DNA of 63,509 nt, filler included, from Octopus bimaculoides (Eukaryota), in NCBI RefSeq assembly GCF_001194135.2. It is 5 parts of 5 records of this genome, joined end to end, with 100 filler letters (N's around TTAATTAATTAA, not from the genome) between each part and the next. Parts side by side here need not be neighbours in the genome. Positions count along the whole stretch, not along the records: positions 4,639 to 30,151 come from NC_068997.1; positions 30,252 to 59,671 come from NC_069005.1; 3 more parts are not named here. The stretch is one strand, 5' to 3'. Below the pieces are notes generated by a model. That model was not told the DNA's origin, ran no database searches, and saw only the letters and a program-made list of their open reading frames with translations. This document shows positions 25,960-38,559 of the stretch, one piece after another. Position 1 is the first letter of the stretch; every line of letters starts with the position of its first letter. The position numbers and the translations under genes were made by a program.

Positions 25960-26470
25960 TCTAATTTTACCACTGTTTATTGTTATCATTTCCAGTGCTC
26001 ATGCTTGGATCTGAAGCAAAATATCTGAAATCCATATTACAGAATTTTCCTCATGAATCGAAACTCATGAAGTACAAAAGAAAAATGTTAATATAATAGA
26101 TATTAATCAAAATACATACTACGCAACAATCTACTTGAAAAATATAATAGGATAAAACACTTTTTTAATGAATTTGCAGTCCTAAACATTTTGAGTTGGA
26201 CTGTGGTCATCCAAATGGAAGAGAATAAATCAGAAATGGAAAGAGAAGTCTACTGCAGAATTCAGGAATGTTCATAGCTATGGCTTTTCTATGAAGCCAA
26301 CAGCTTTTAAAACACTTTTCGACTTACTTAGCAATCAAAATATTTCTATATTGCTTCAACTGTTTTTGTATGTGATTTCATATTTTCCACACTCTTTAAG
26401 TAAATTAAAGTTTAATTCTCTAACTTGCACCAGTCCTCAAATTGGCCTTACTGGAGCACCTCCTTCAAGA
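25960..26470 (+). pseudogene. Ancient LINE (RTE-like) reverse-transcriptase remnant
   Basis: Broken translations VLMLGSEAKYLKSILQNFPHESKLMK and EMEREVYCRIQ resemble the post-YADD and E.EV..RI regions of RTE RTs. Confidence 0.4.
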
Positions 26471-26639
26471 GATAGCTGATTATATTAGGCCTACATCGAA
26501 TATTTTATAAACCTTGGACTGGCGAGGGACAAAATGAAGCTGGGTAGGATCTAAACTTACAATGTAAAGTGATGTACATCTGGTAGTTTACCAATTCTGT
26601 TAGTCACCACCACAGTCTCCATGATTTCCTATAAATTCA

Positions 26640-26915
26640 ATCATCATCATCATCATCGTTTAACGTCCGCTTTCCATGCTAGCATGGGTTGGACGATTTG
26701 ACTGAGGACTGGTGAAACCGGATGGCAACACCAGGCTCCAATCTAATTTGGCAGAGTTTCTACAGCTGGATGCCCTTCCTAACGCCAACCACTCAGAGAG
26801 TGTAGTGGGTGCTTTTACGTGTCACCCGCACGAAAACGGCCACGCTCGAAATGGTGTCTTTTATGTGCCACCCGCACAAGCCAGTCCAGGGGCACTGGCA
26901 ACGATCTCGCTCGAA
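26640..26915 (-). mobile_element. Young repeat family C copy (RTE-like 3' end/SINE)
   Basis: CpG-intact CATCATCGTTTAACGTCCGCTTTCCATGCTAGCATGGG...; near-identical inverted copy at 29764-29965. Confidence 0.85.
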
Positions 26916-27559
26916 AATATGATCTTCTTAATTCTTACCAGTTCACTTGATGTTAAGATGCCAGCGTTCCAGATCTCCACTATTGTCTCTAGGCAATCCA
27001 ATGTAACTCAACAATTTTCCCTTCATTTGGGGCATTATTATCAGATCTTGTCACCTTGCTACCCTCTTATTCCCTTCTCTTACTCAAACAAAATATCAAA
27101 AACAAGATGTTGTACCTTTAGTCTACAAAGTAGAGAGGGCTTTTAGTCTTGCAAGACATCCTGGCTAGTGGCTGTGTCATATTATAGATATCCAGTGTCC
27201 ACTTTGCTTATGGTTTTTAGACAGAAAAAATATCCCCTTGTAAAAGATTAACTAACCATGCAATACAAATGATGGAACTGAATAAATTAACAAGACTGAC
27301 ATATATCAAGTCAATATTATGTATTATAGACATAATTTGGATGTGAACACTTTTCTGTTATCATTGAGTAATCTCACCACCCAAAGTGTTATTTTTTTCT
27401 TCCTTTATAGGGTCTTAATTTCAAGTCTGAGAATATTAATACTGTTATGATGGAAGGTAGATCTGACCAGATAGTAGAGATATTAGAATGTAAAACGATA
27501 GATCTAAGTTATGAGTGAGAAGCACAAATTCTTTCTAAGGGTGGTGTAGGTATAATCTT

Positions 27560-28300
27560 AGCAGAGATGTGGGTGGTGGAAGTAACTGCAGTAGCTGAGA
27601 TGGTAACCAGAATATGTAAACGCAGATGACTATGTTATAGGTAGCTTGATAGTATCTTTAAGCTTTGATTATGCCATAGAAGATGATCCAAAGAGCTTGC
27701 TCTTTGAGGAAGCTAACCTGGGAATTGATAGCAAAAATATCATTACTACAGCTGGAGATTTTAACGATTATATCAAGAAACACATGGCTAAATACACCAG
27801 TGTGCATGAAGGTTATGCCATGGAACAAGAAACAAAGATGGATGAAATTTCTTGGATATATGCTTTACAAATTCTTCTTCTACTTGCAACAAAATCTTCA
27901 GAGAATGGAACAGCCATCTACTTAATTACCCATCACACAGATGGGCATAAGATGCAGACTAGTTTTGTACTAACTAGAAACCAGAACCTTTTGATGGTTG
28001 CTAACCCAATATTCCTCCTTCAGTAAAAGAAGTATTTTTTAATATTATGGTTTGCATCCGTAGGTGGAGGATGTGATACATTCAGATACAAAGGGCAAGT
28101 AGAAGTCTATGTCAATATGGGGAATATGGCTGATAAAATGAAGGTAGGAAGAGCAGGAAGCCAATCAGTGATAATTTCAAATCTTGATTTAGAAGAATTT
28201 ACAAAATGCCTGAAAATTATCGTGGTAAACCAAAGGGATAAGCTGACAGCAAAAAGTGAAGTGTTGTGGTTGCTCATGCTACTCATTAAGTGTTGTTAAA
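27560..28300 (+). pseudogene. Decayed RTE-clade apurinic endonuclease (APE) fragment
   Basis: ORF 27646-28026 contains IITTAGDFNDYI..YTSVHEGY..YLITHHTDGHKMQTSFVLTR, cf. RTE APE GDFNGHVG..GVHGG..HLITY.SG..TQIDYILTR. Confidence 0.65.
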
Positions 28301-29763
28301 AACTTCTATTAAACTAATTATCTAATTAGTGGAGAAAGTAATCTTATTTGGTCCATTGAAGCTATAGGTCAGAAACTTCTTTTCTTAATTTATATTTACA
28401 CATGGCTCACATGCTAATTGTAATATATATCATTTAACATCCATTTTCAATGCTAGGGCATGTACACATATCCCTGCATATCACACATTTGCCATCACAG
28501 CAATGTCAGCTAAAATTAAACAAATCATAACTTCAACGATTATTTGTAAGTCCTCAACAGCTCAATGGCTCACAAATACATTAAATTTAGAAAATAAACA
28601 AGGTGTGAGGCCCACAAAGAACATCTGTTTGTTAGTTCTTTTTAACCAGGCTTACACTGCAGCAATCTTTTGAACCAGGTCTTGGTGGTCTTAGTATGAC
28701 CCCAGGTACATGATTTCTTTTCCCCACCCACCTACACCAAAATTTACCATCTCTATCTCCTTCTTCCTTTCACTAAGTCATAAATAAAAGGGAAGAATGA
28801 GTTACACAAAAACTGAACTTGGTTACCCTATGCCACTGTCACAGAACCCCCCCCCCTGCCCCATGATTATCATCTCGATTTTTTTACTTGGGGAAAATAT
28901 GATTACTTTAGTGGTTATAATTATTTGTTAAGCAAGACATGTTTGAACACACTGACTCCTGCATACATACAGAAAAAAAAGATTGTTTTTGTTTTCATTC
29001 GATAATATCTTGGCTAATATGTCTGAGTGAGCTCGACCAGATGATGACGAGGATGATGATGATGGCTAATATTGTGGCAAACAGTTTTTGCTGTAATTAT
29101 CTAATGAATTAGGAGTGAGGCTCACATCAAACAGCAACCCTACTTTTTCATTCGTAATTTAGTTGACAACTCTTTCTATAAACCTTCCACCACTAGTATT
29201 AATTAAAATTTCTTCCTCTTCTTTTCAACTTATGTTTCTCTTTTTATTTGATGTGTAGATGAGAAAAACATCGAAATCAATGAAATAAAGTTCTCCATTG
29301 AATTTCGAGAAGGACAAGCTCTTATATGTGGCACAGCCTTTAATTAACAAGATACTTGCATCTAATACTTCATATTCATAAAACATTTCTCATCTTAGTA
29401 ATGACCAGTTTCTAGGAATGATGCTTAACTTCTGTGATTAATCACAAACCACTGATTCTGTGCAAAATAACCACAGATAATAAACTACATAAAATAACCA
29501 TATACATAAAAAACTATCACAAAAATACAAATCTATTTGATAGTAGGAGAAATTTCTGAGATGTAAATGACTGTTAACAGCTAAAATCCAACAAAATTCA
29601 TGACTTGGTAGAGAAAATCTAAAAACATTTGCTAATTCAGTAATATCATCATATTTGCATTTTAATATGGATGAGGGATCTTCTTATATTTGATAATTGA
29701 TATAATTTTGATCATAGATATATATTAATTAAGTATGTTACATACATACATGTATGTGTATGT

Positions 29764-29965
29764 CGTTTTCGTGCGGGTGACACGTAAAAGCACCCACTAC
29801 ACTCTCTGAGTGGTTGGCGTTAGGAAGGGCATCCAGCTGTAGAAACTCTGCCAAATCAGACTGGAGCCTGGTGTTGCCATCCGGTTTCACCAGTCCTCAG
29901 TCAAATCGTCCAACCCATGCTAGCATGGAAAGCGGACGTTAAACGATGATGATGATGATGATGAT
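29764..29965 (+). mobile_element. Young repeat family C copy
   Basis: Ends GCGGACGTTAAACGATGATGATG; reverse complement of 26645-26838 with two mismatches seen. Confidence 0.85.
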
Positions 29966-30106
29966 ATACACACATATATATACATAAATATACATACATA
30001 CATATACATACATATATATCTATATGTATATATATATATACATATATATATAGATACACACACACACACACATATATATACACATATATATACATGTATA
30101 TAAATG

Positions 30107-30151
<45 letters not shown>

Positions 30152-30251
30152 NNNNNNNNNNNNNNNNNNNNNNNNNNNNNNNNNNNNNNNNNNNNTTAAT
30201 TAATTAANNNNNNNNNNNNNNNNNNNNNNNNNNNNNNNNNNNNNNNNNNNN
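30152..30251. other. Assembly gap with artificial linker
   Basis: 44N-TTAATTAATTAA-44N. Confidence 0.95.
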
Positions 30252-30265
30252 TATATATATATATA

Positions 30266-30465
30266 GTGAGAATTTACAAAAAAGAACAACAGACGAAGAC
30301 AGGTATGTAAACAACAAACAGTTGTATTAGTTGAACGCTCGGGAAGTAGGAAAGTCTTTTACGTTTCGACCCTACGCTCTTCGACAGAAAGGAACACACA
30401 AATAAACAGGCAGAGAAAATAGAGAAAGATTTAGTGGCAAGCGATCTATCATGGCGAATGCCGGA
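30266..30465 (-). mobile_element. Probable Penelope-type terminal repeat fragment
   Basis: Minus strand has GAAGAGCGTAGGTCGAAACGTA, a degenerate hammerhead-like block typical of PLE ends; adjacent to (TA)n. Family assignment is from recall only. Confidence 0.4.
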
Positions 30466-30767
30466 CAGTATATATACACAGTTCAGAACTAGGGTAAATG
30501 AAATCACTCTAGAAGTTATATATATATGTATATTTATTTATCTTTTAGATTAGTTTATGGTAACGTCAGGCGTCTACAAATAAAGCTCCTATTTAATTAT
30601 GCCGTTTACCATCTATTGTTACTGACTAGTAAGTCAGTCTTTCGGTGTTGCATCATGGTTATACCGATATAATGTAGAATAAATATAATAATAACAATAA
30701 TTCTAGGATGGAATTATTGTTAAATTTGTATACACACACACACACACACACACACATACATACTTTA

Positions 30768-31222
30768 GCCTCGACAGATTATATACAAATATACTGTTTG
30801 CAAAATTTTCAAGTGCGTAAATGAATGCGGCTTAGCTTTCTGATTTTCTGATAATATACACTTCTTTGCATGAGTATTTCATATATTCAAAGGAGAAACA
30901 GGAACAATCGCAAAGCAAAATGAAGTTGCTTATGTAGATATGTTAGAAGTATTATCTTGGTAAACAATGAAAACTTAATGTACACTTTTTCAGCAGACAA
31001 CAGCGTTTCGACAGATAACAGCAAAAAATATTTTTTTTATTTGAATTCAAATCGTACAAGTGTCCACGAAACCGCATTTTATTGCAACTAATCAAAAGTG
31101 AATTGTTCTCAATAATTAGAAATCTACAATTTTGCGGTACTACCAACAGCTTCCACAATAAACTGAATAAACACACAATCGAGATAAAAGTAACAGTATA
31201 TTTGTAAATAATCTGTCGAGGC
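30768..31222. mobile_element. MITE with 31-bp terminal inverted repeats and TA target duplication
   Basis: TA|GCCTCGACAGATTATATACAAATATACTGTT (30768-30798) ... AACAGTATATTTGTAAATAATCTGTCGAGGC|TA (31192-31222); 1 mismatch. Confidence 0.8.
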
Positions 31223-31809
31223 TAACTATTTATACCAAATGAATTACGATACCTATTAGTGTTATTTATCTAACGCAATTAGCAACAGCTACAGAAAATC
31301 TACTAAAATATCATTAGCATAACTAATAGACACCATAAGACGACATAATACAACCGCCTTCCCCTTCAGACTCCATACATAACGTTTAAGAACCATATGT
31401 ATTACTTCCAGCCTGAAAATCAATATTTAGTTTATTCTCTCCAAAATGATAGTGGGGATGAAATGATGCTGTGTGTGGTTACCTCTGAGAAGAAAAATTT
31501 AAGATCTTTGAAATGAGTAGAGAAACATGTCATGTGTATTCTGTGAATTTTTGTTACCCTTCGATTTAAATTTAAACTTCTAACCACGCCGGGATTAAAC
31601 TAGAGGTAACTATCTCCCTTAGAGTAACTGCCATCAGGCCATACTACGTGTTGTTCAAAATGTGTTTTATTTCTTTTTAGTTTAGATGGTTTAATAATTA
31701 CATATATAACACGTGTGTGTATGACAGATCTATAATACAAAACCACATTGAAATACAAGTCCAAGACCGAAGAACACACAAACATGTAAAGAAAGCAAAG
31801 TTCCTTCCC

Positions 31810-32035
31810 GTGTTATGTAGATTATAGGATCGGTTTCCCCGTTTCCATGGCCTATGTATTCCCTACTTGGACGGGACACCTGTGCGTCGCAGGATTACTC
31901 ATTTTTGCCAGCCGAGTGGACTGGAAAAACGTGAAATGAAGTGTTTTGTTCAAGAAAACAACGCATCGCCCGGTCCAGGAATTGAAACCAGTCTAACAAT
32001 CATGAGCCCAACACCCTAACCACTCATCCATGCGC
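31810..32035 (-). mobile_element. tRNA/CORE-like SINE family D
   Basis: Reverse complement of GTGGTTAGGG..GGTTTCAATTCCTGGACCGGGCGATGCGTTG..TTCTTGAACAAAACACTTCATTTCACG; other copies at ~52360-52585 and ~55195-55340. Confidence 0.75.
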
Positions 32036-32149
32036 ATTCACATACACACAAACAGAGCGAAGAAGAAAAATAGAAGAAACAAGAAAATTGCAGCAAGGCT
32101 GCGTAATAGTGGTGTCAGACGTGGAATACCGACCGTCATATAACTTATT

Positions 32150-32425
32150 TGGCATAGCGTTTATATTCTTCTCTTCCGTTTTATTTTGCCATGCGCATTG
32201 CGTTTTTATTCTTCTCTTTCGTTTTAATAATTCAGTGTGCACGTGCGCATTGCGTATTCATACTTCTTTTTCTCGTTCCTACGCAAAACTGTTTACAGAT
32301 CACAACCATCTCACAGACGTGCGTTCATGGAGAGCGTTTCGCCCTCTGAAAGGTAAAAAAAAACGTAGTGAAAATGAAATCACTATGAATGCTTTTTCTC
32401 TTGAATAACGCGCTTGCGCACGGAC
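32150..32425. promoter_or_regulatory. CpG-rich candidate promoter with repeated NRF1-like GCGCA motifs
   Basis: TGCGCATTGCGT at 32192 and 32244; GCGCTTGCGCA at 32410-32420; possible ATG at 32327 and GT donor at 32353. Confidence 0.4.
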
Positions 32426-32849
32426 GCACACACATAAACGCGTTCACACCCTAATAGAATAGCTTTGAGCCCAACATAACAAACAGGAAGCTAAACTCAT
32501 ACACTTTGATTTAGGTTGGTTACCTTCATATTAGTAAGAACTTATTTATAGACGTGTTGAATTATTTGCAAACGTGTGTAATAAATTTACCGAAGATCGA
32601 TTTAAAAGGAAGTTGTTAGAGAGGGGAACTTTTCCCCAATATGATGATGCGTGTTAGATAACAAAAATTCAAGATGTAGGAATCAATTTCACGTTATTGT
32701 GGGATCCCACGATTCAGCTGAAGCCAGCAATATCCTAAGGTTATGCATTTTATCACATCTGAAAAAGAAATCCCCGAGTCAAAAATATTTTTTTATTACA
32801 GTTACGAGTTACAAATCAATAGTAAACTAAATCCACAACAAACTGAGTT

Positions 32850-33007
32850 GTGTGCTAGGAAGCTTCCTTCCCAACCATATGGTCCTGAGTTCAATTCTAC
32901 CGCATGACACCTAAGGTAAGTGTCTTCAGCTACAGCTTCTGGTCAACCAATGACTTGTGAGCGGATGTGGTAGACGGGAACGGAAAGAAGCCCGTCATCT
33001 CTGTATG

Positions 33008-33047
<40 letters not shown>

Positions 33048-33335
33048 TGTGTGTTTGTGTGTGTCTGTGTGTCTCTGTGTGTGTATCTGTGTGCGTGTGT
33101 GTGTCTGAGTGTGTGTCTCTTTGTGTTAGTTTTTGTTCCCCCACCACTACTTGATAACCAGTGTTGGAGTGTTTACGTCCCTGTAACTTAGCGCTTCAGC
33201 AAAAGAGCCCGATACACTAAGTAGCAGGCTTTAAAATATATAAGTACCGGGGTTAGTTCGACTAAAAATTCTTCAAGGCGGTGCCCCAGCATGGCCGCAG
33301 TCTTACGACTGAAACAAGTAAAAGAGTAAAAGAAT
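32850..33335 (+). mobile_element. SINE family A copy
   Basis: Same blocks as 23090-23510; ends GACTGAAACAAGTAAAAGAGTAAAAGA. Confidence 0.85.
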
Positions 33336-34309
33336 ACATATTCATCAATGAACAGAAACTACAAATCGCTGAATACCATAATATGGCAGTAATAAATTTC
33401 CGAGACATAATTTATAATCCTTCATATTAACCCTCATCATAAGTCTTACCAAAATGTCAACTATATCGATTGCCTTTCAAACCACCCCAAAAACATCATA
33501 AATGTTATTGCTTAAAGCTTCTCTCTTTCTATCTCTCTCTCTCCAACTGTTAGATCTATCTGCTGATAAAGAAATATTCAATGACTCAGCGACATATTAC
33601 AATAACACTCTCTTTTTCTCTCTAAGGCAGTTATCATGAATGAATAGCTGACGCCGTGATAAAACAACAGACCAATGAACAATAAAGAAATATTCTATTC
33701 CATAACCTCTTTTTATTACTGTCGGAGCAACGTCAATAGCAATTTTTTTTCTTTAATAAACATTTCAGTTTATACTATAAAGGGAGCGGGTAGCATGCAG
33801 TTATCCCCTGGGTGTAGAAGTTACGAGTTGGTGTTCTTGGGTGGGAAGTGAAGGAGAGGAGGCAAAAATATTAAAGGATTAACAGTGTGGAGTGGTTAAC
33901 TAAATGCAATTGGAATGTATCGAAAAGAAGTTTGAAGTTTAAATTCTGTATGAGGACTAGCAGAGATGGTTTCTTCCTTTCTGTTGGGAGTATTTTCTCT
34001 CAGAGTCAGCATCTGAAGATGCTTCTTTCGTTCTGTTGCACTAACTGTTTCGCCAATTGTATTTCTTTGTTTTGAACACAATGCTTCACTTGATAACAAA
34101 GTTAGCCATTGCCTCGGTCATTTACGTTTCAGGTAGATTTTAACAACTGATGAGATGTAGCATTTCTCTTTAATGCTTCCACGAATAAATTTGATATGGG
34201 CCTAAACGATAACAACAAAAATCTATCTAACAGAAACGTGTCTAAAAATGTAACAAAACCAGGTGTCGTAAGCCTAAATTAGAAACAATTACATATGTAA
34301 TGTAATTAT

Positions 34310-34770
34310 TGATTTCAAATTTTGGCACAAGGCCAGCAAGTTCAGAGGAGGAGATAAGTCGATAACATTAACCCAGTACACAACTGGTACTTATTTCATC
34401 GATCCCGAAAGAATGAAAGACAAAATCGACCTCAGCGGAATTTGAATTCGGAACTTAATGACGGACGAAATGCCACTAAGCATTTCGACCAGAGTGCTAA
34501 CGGTTCTACCAGATCTCAGTCCTATGCCAATAAAATATACACAATATTTGTTTCAAATTTTGGTACAAGTTCAAGAATTACGGGAGATGGAATAAGCCGA
34601 TCACATCGACTTCAGAGCCCTATGGAATGTGATTATTAGTTTCAAGGTGAGGGGTAAATCGATGGTATCGACCCTAAAAGGATGAAAAACAAAGTCGATC
34701 TCGCAAAGCCGGACGAAATGCCGCTAAGCGTTTTTCCCGGCGTTCTAACGATTCTTTCAGTTCACCGCCC
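34310..34770 (-). mobile_element. Two tandem SINE family B copies (CpG-retaining)
   Basis: GATTTCAAATTTTGGCACAAGGCC...GGACGAAATGCCACTAAGC and ...GGACGAAATGCCGCTAAGCG..TTCACCGCC. Confidence 0.8.
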
Positions 34771-35801
34771 TATGCAATGTAATCATTAAATATAATATAC
34801 ACAATATTGCTATCATGCACAACTTGGAAACTTTTTATACACAGCAAAAATATAAGCGAGAATAAAATATATTTATAAACAAATAATTTTCAAAACAAAA
34901 TACACATATTTAGAGAATTTTATAATCGCAAATATTCTTAAGTTAACTATGAGAGGAACTTTATTAAATCTATATAGAATCTTTATTGAATCTATCTCCA
35001 GTCTATAGAACTAGATTATGTAGAATTTGATTATATGGAGCGATGAATATTTAAATAAATATATATAAACAAATTAAAATATGATTTATATAGCTGCAAA
35101 GTTCTAAAGAAATAGTAGACGACATCTCCAGCCATCAAAAGACCACAAAACTAGTAAAAAAAATTTTGAAATTTAGAAGAAAAAATACTAAGTGGACACC
35201 AAAGCGACCAAACAAACAGAATTTCCATAAAACAGTAAAAGAAAGTAATACCAAAAATAGAGTATAAAACAAATATGAGATTAAAAAGAGTAAAGCAACA
35301 AGAGAGAAAAGTGGTCAAAAAAACCTGCCTGATCTTTCACCAACGCCAGCCCAGCACCAGCACCAGTTGTAGCGCCGTCGCCATCATTCTAAACGCTATT
35401 ACTAGTTGTGGAATAATGCCATAAACCACAGCTAAACATTGCTAGACATAGCTGGAGGAGGGTGTTAGAGAACGTAGTTTAGCGAGAGATCATAAGAGTG
35501 ACTTCAATGTAAAGATGAAAGAAAATATATATCGTACGCTTTGGTCTAAGACAACAACAACAAGGAAAGAAAGAAAGAAGGAAAGAAGGAATTGAATAAG
35601 GGGGGNNNNNNNNNNNNNNNNNNNNNNNNNNNNNNNNNNNNNNNNNNNNNNNNNNNNNNNNNNNNNNNNNNNNNNNNNNNNNNNNNNNNNNNNNNNNNNN
35701 NNNNNNNNNNNNNNNNNNNNNNNNNNNNNNNNNNNNNNNNNNNNNNNNNNNNNNNNNNNNNNNATTATTAGAAAATAATAATAATAATAATAATAATAAT
35801 G

Positions 35802-35878
<77 letters not shown>

Positions 35879-35879
35879 A

Positions 35880-36090
35880 CTTTCTGCTAAAAGCACAAGG
35901 CTTGAAATTTTGGGGGAGGGTGATAGTCAAATATATCGACCCCAGTGCGTAACTGGTGCTTATTTCATCGACTCCGAAAGGACGAAAAGCAACGTTGACC
36001 TTGGTGGGATTTGAACTCACAACGTAAGGATGGACGAAATGCCGCTAAGTATTGTGCCAGGCGTACTAATGATTCTGTCAGCTCGACGCC
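35880..36090 (-). mobile_element. SINE family B copy next to (AAT)n
   Basis: TTTCTGCTAAAAGCACAAGGCTTGAAATTTTGGGGGAGG..ATCGACCCCAGTGCGTAACTGG..GGACGAAATGCCGCTAAG. Confidence 0.85.
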
Positions 36091-36289
36091 TTATTACTAC
36101 TACTACTAATAATAATGACAATAAAAGAGTAAAAGTAATTATAATAGTACGGGTGCGTCCTTTGGTTATTGCAATGACTCTACCACGATGCAACTGTTTT
36201 AATCGCATCAACGCATCAGATCAGATCAATTATTTTGATATCCTTGAAATCTATAAACAATTCTATGAACAATATCTTCAGTTAATCCA

Positions 36290-36790
36290 GCCTCAACTCA
36301 GATTATCCTCTCTTTCAGAGTTATTCCTATTAACACTGCTAGGTTATTCCTACTGACAGATTATTCCTGCTATTAGTTATTTCATTGCTCGATTATTCCT
36401 ATTAATAGCTTATTCCCATTTAAATTATTCCTACTTTCAGCCTGGTTAATCATTCCAATGCGAGCCAGGTTAATCTCCCTCTCAGATTATTCCTACTGCC
36501 AGATCATTCCTACTCTTAGCCAGATTATTCCCACAGTCAGAGAAATTATTCTCTCTGACATGTTATTCTTATTCCGGACCATTGCTACTGGCAACCAGAT
36601 CATTCTTACTATCAACCGAATTGTTCTTACTGTAAATTTGTTCCCATTTCTGGGTATTTCCATTGTCATCCAAGTTAATCCACCTTCTAATTTATTATCA
36701 TTGCTAGATTATTCTTATCTACGAGATTATTCTCACGACCAGGTTATTCTTGCCATCATTCAAATTATTCCCACGGTATCTGCAGATACT
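36290..36790. repeat. Degenerate minisatellite with core AGATTATTCCTACT, irregular ~15-22 bp period
   Basis: More than 20 recurrences of (A/G)TTATTC(C/T) across 500 bp. Confidence 0.75.
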
Positions 36791-37159
36791 TCATATAACC
36801 ACGATGCCAAATATTGGCCACTTTCAAGAGAAATCTTTACTAGTTTGAAGTCTTCTTTGAACAGTCAGGTGTTAGTTTATGTTGTAGGGAATTAGTAATA
36901 ATGGTGCACCCCTCGCACATGAGGAATGGAATAACCTAGTCAACATAAGTAAAGAGAAGCACATGAAGTACAAGAGTACGTAGCAGCCGGTTAGAGTTTA
37001 TACTTTGCTTTGTGCGCTGCTGTTTTTCTATCTGAGTGTTTAGTGCTGCTTTGCAGCGGTTTTTTTATGGTTGTGATGGCATTTTTGAGGAGAGATGGCT
37101 GAGTTCTATTCGGACCTGAGCGGTTAAGAAGTATCGTCAGGGCTTAAGTAGAGTGAAGG

Positions 37160-37440
37160 TCCGTCCGTAGCCTAGTGGTTACAGTGTTGCACTCATGATC
37201 GAGAGACTGCAAGTTCGATTACCGGACGAGGTATTGCGAGGTATCTGCGAATACTTGGATACCAGACATGTCACGCACCGTGCACCTGTTCAGGCAACGT
37301 AGATTTGATGGAGGGAGTGAGCTAATGCACAGTACAAACATCTGATCTGTACAGGCTTTCAGCAATATGATATGGAATGCTCATCTGTCGTCTACGACAG
37401 GCGAGTACACGAGGGTGAGATTTGAGAGAGATTTAGCTGC
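37160..37440 (+). mobile_element. tRNA-derived SINE (other family)
   Basis: GTAGCCTAGTGGTTACAG (A box) ... AAGTTCGATTACC (B box) followed by a non-tRNA body. Confidence 0.6.
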
Positions 37441-38559
37441 CGTTTCTAGAAGAACGAGTGGTAATATAGAAATTCCTTTGGGAAAAGATAAAAGTATTTA
37501 ACGAGGACAGAGCTGGCTAATGAGTGCAGAACATAAGGTGAAAACCTAAAACACCTGGGGTGTGGATACAGAGTACGTGATAAAAAGAACGGAAAACTTT
37601 AAGCTGGAGGTTGTAGAAGAACACTTTGTTTAGAACATGGAGAATGGAGTTGGAAGCTAAGAAAACGCTCAATGTCATGGTTTTTGTAAACAGAAGTGGC
37701 TAAAAAAATATATAGTCATCTTAGTTGAGGGAGTGATAGATTCCCTAAAAGGTGTTAGGAGTTCAAAAACGTAATGTTGTCAAGTAAGNNNNNNNNNNNN
37801 NNNNNNNNNNNNNNNNNNNNNNNNNNNNNNNNNNNNNNNNNNNNNNNNNNNNNNNNNNNNNNNNNNNNNNNNNNNNNNNNNNNNNNNNNNNNNNNNNNNN
37901 NNNNNNNNNNNNNNNNNNNNNNNNNNNNNNNNNNNNNNNNNNNNNNNNNNNNNNNNNNNNNNNNNNNNNNNNNNNNNNNNNNNNNNNNNNNNNNNNNNNN
38001 NNNNNNNNNNNNNNNNNNNNNNNNNNNNNNNNNNNNNNNNNNNNNNNNNNNNNNNNNNNNNNNNNNNNNNNNNNNNNNNNNNNNNNNNNNNNNNNNNNNN
38101 NNNNNNNNNNNNNNNNNNNNNNNNNNNNNNNNNNNNNNNNNNNNNNNNNNNNNNNNNNNNNNNNNNNNNNNNNNNNNNNNNNNNNNNNNNNNNNNNNNNN
38201 NNTATGTATGTATGTATGTATATACATATATATTCGTGTGTGTATGTGACTACTTTTCAACGTGTTGGGATTTTACAGCAAGATGAGAATACGTGTTAAA
38301 AAAAGAAGGGGAAAATAAGTTGAAACAGTTCCTGCAAAATATCAAAGAAATTTACTCGTGTGTTAAATAAAATAATTAACTAATCTAATACGTGCAAATT
38401 TGCATTTCATAAATCTTCATATACTTTAAGATAAATTATCATATAAAGATGTCTTATTCTCATTATTGTTGTTGCTGTTATTGTAGTTGCTGCTGCTGTT
38501 GTTGTTGTTGTTGTTGTTGTCGTCGTTGCTGCTACTTCTGTTGTTATTGAGTGGTACAC

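Noticed and set aside
30355-30392. Minus-strand hammerhead-like block TCGAAGA-G..C-GAAA-CG-TA
   Set aside because: U3/C4 core and no convincing stem I; at best a dead relic.
35327-35459. Minus-strand acceptor with CTAAC branch point and MMATALQLVLVLGWR
   Set aside because: All three frames from the acceptor stop early and there is no good donor; unsupported as coding.
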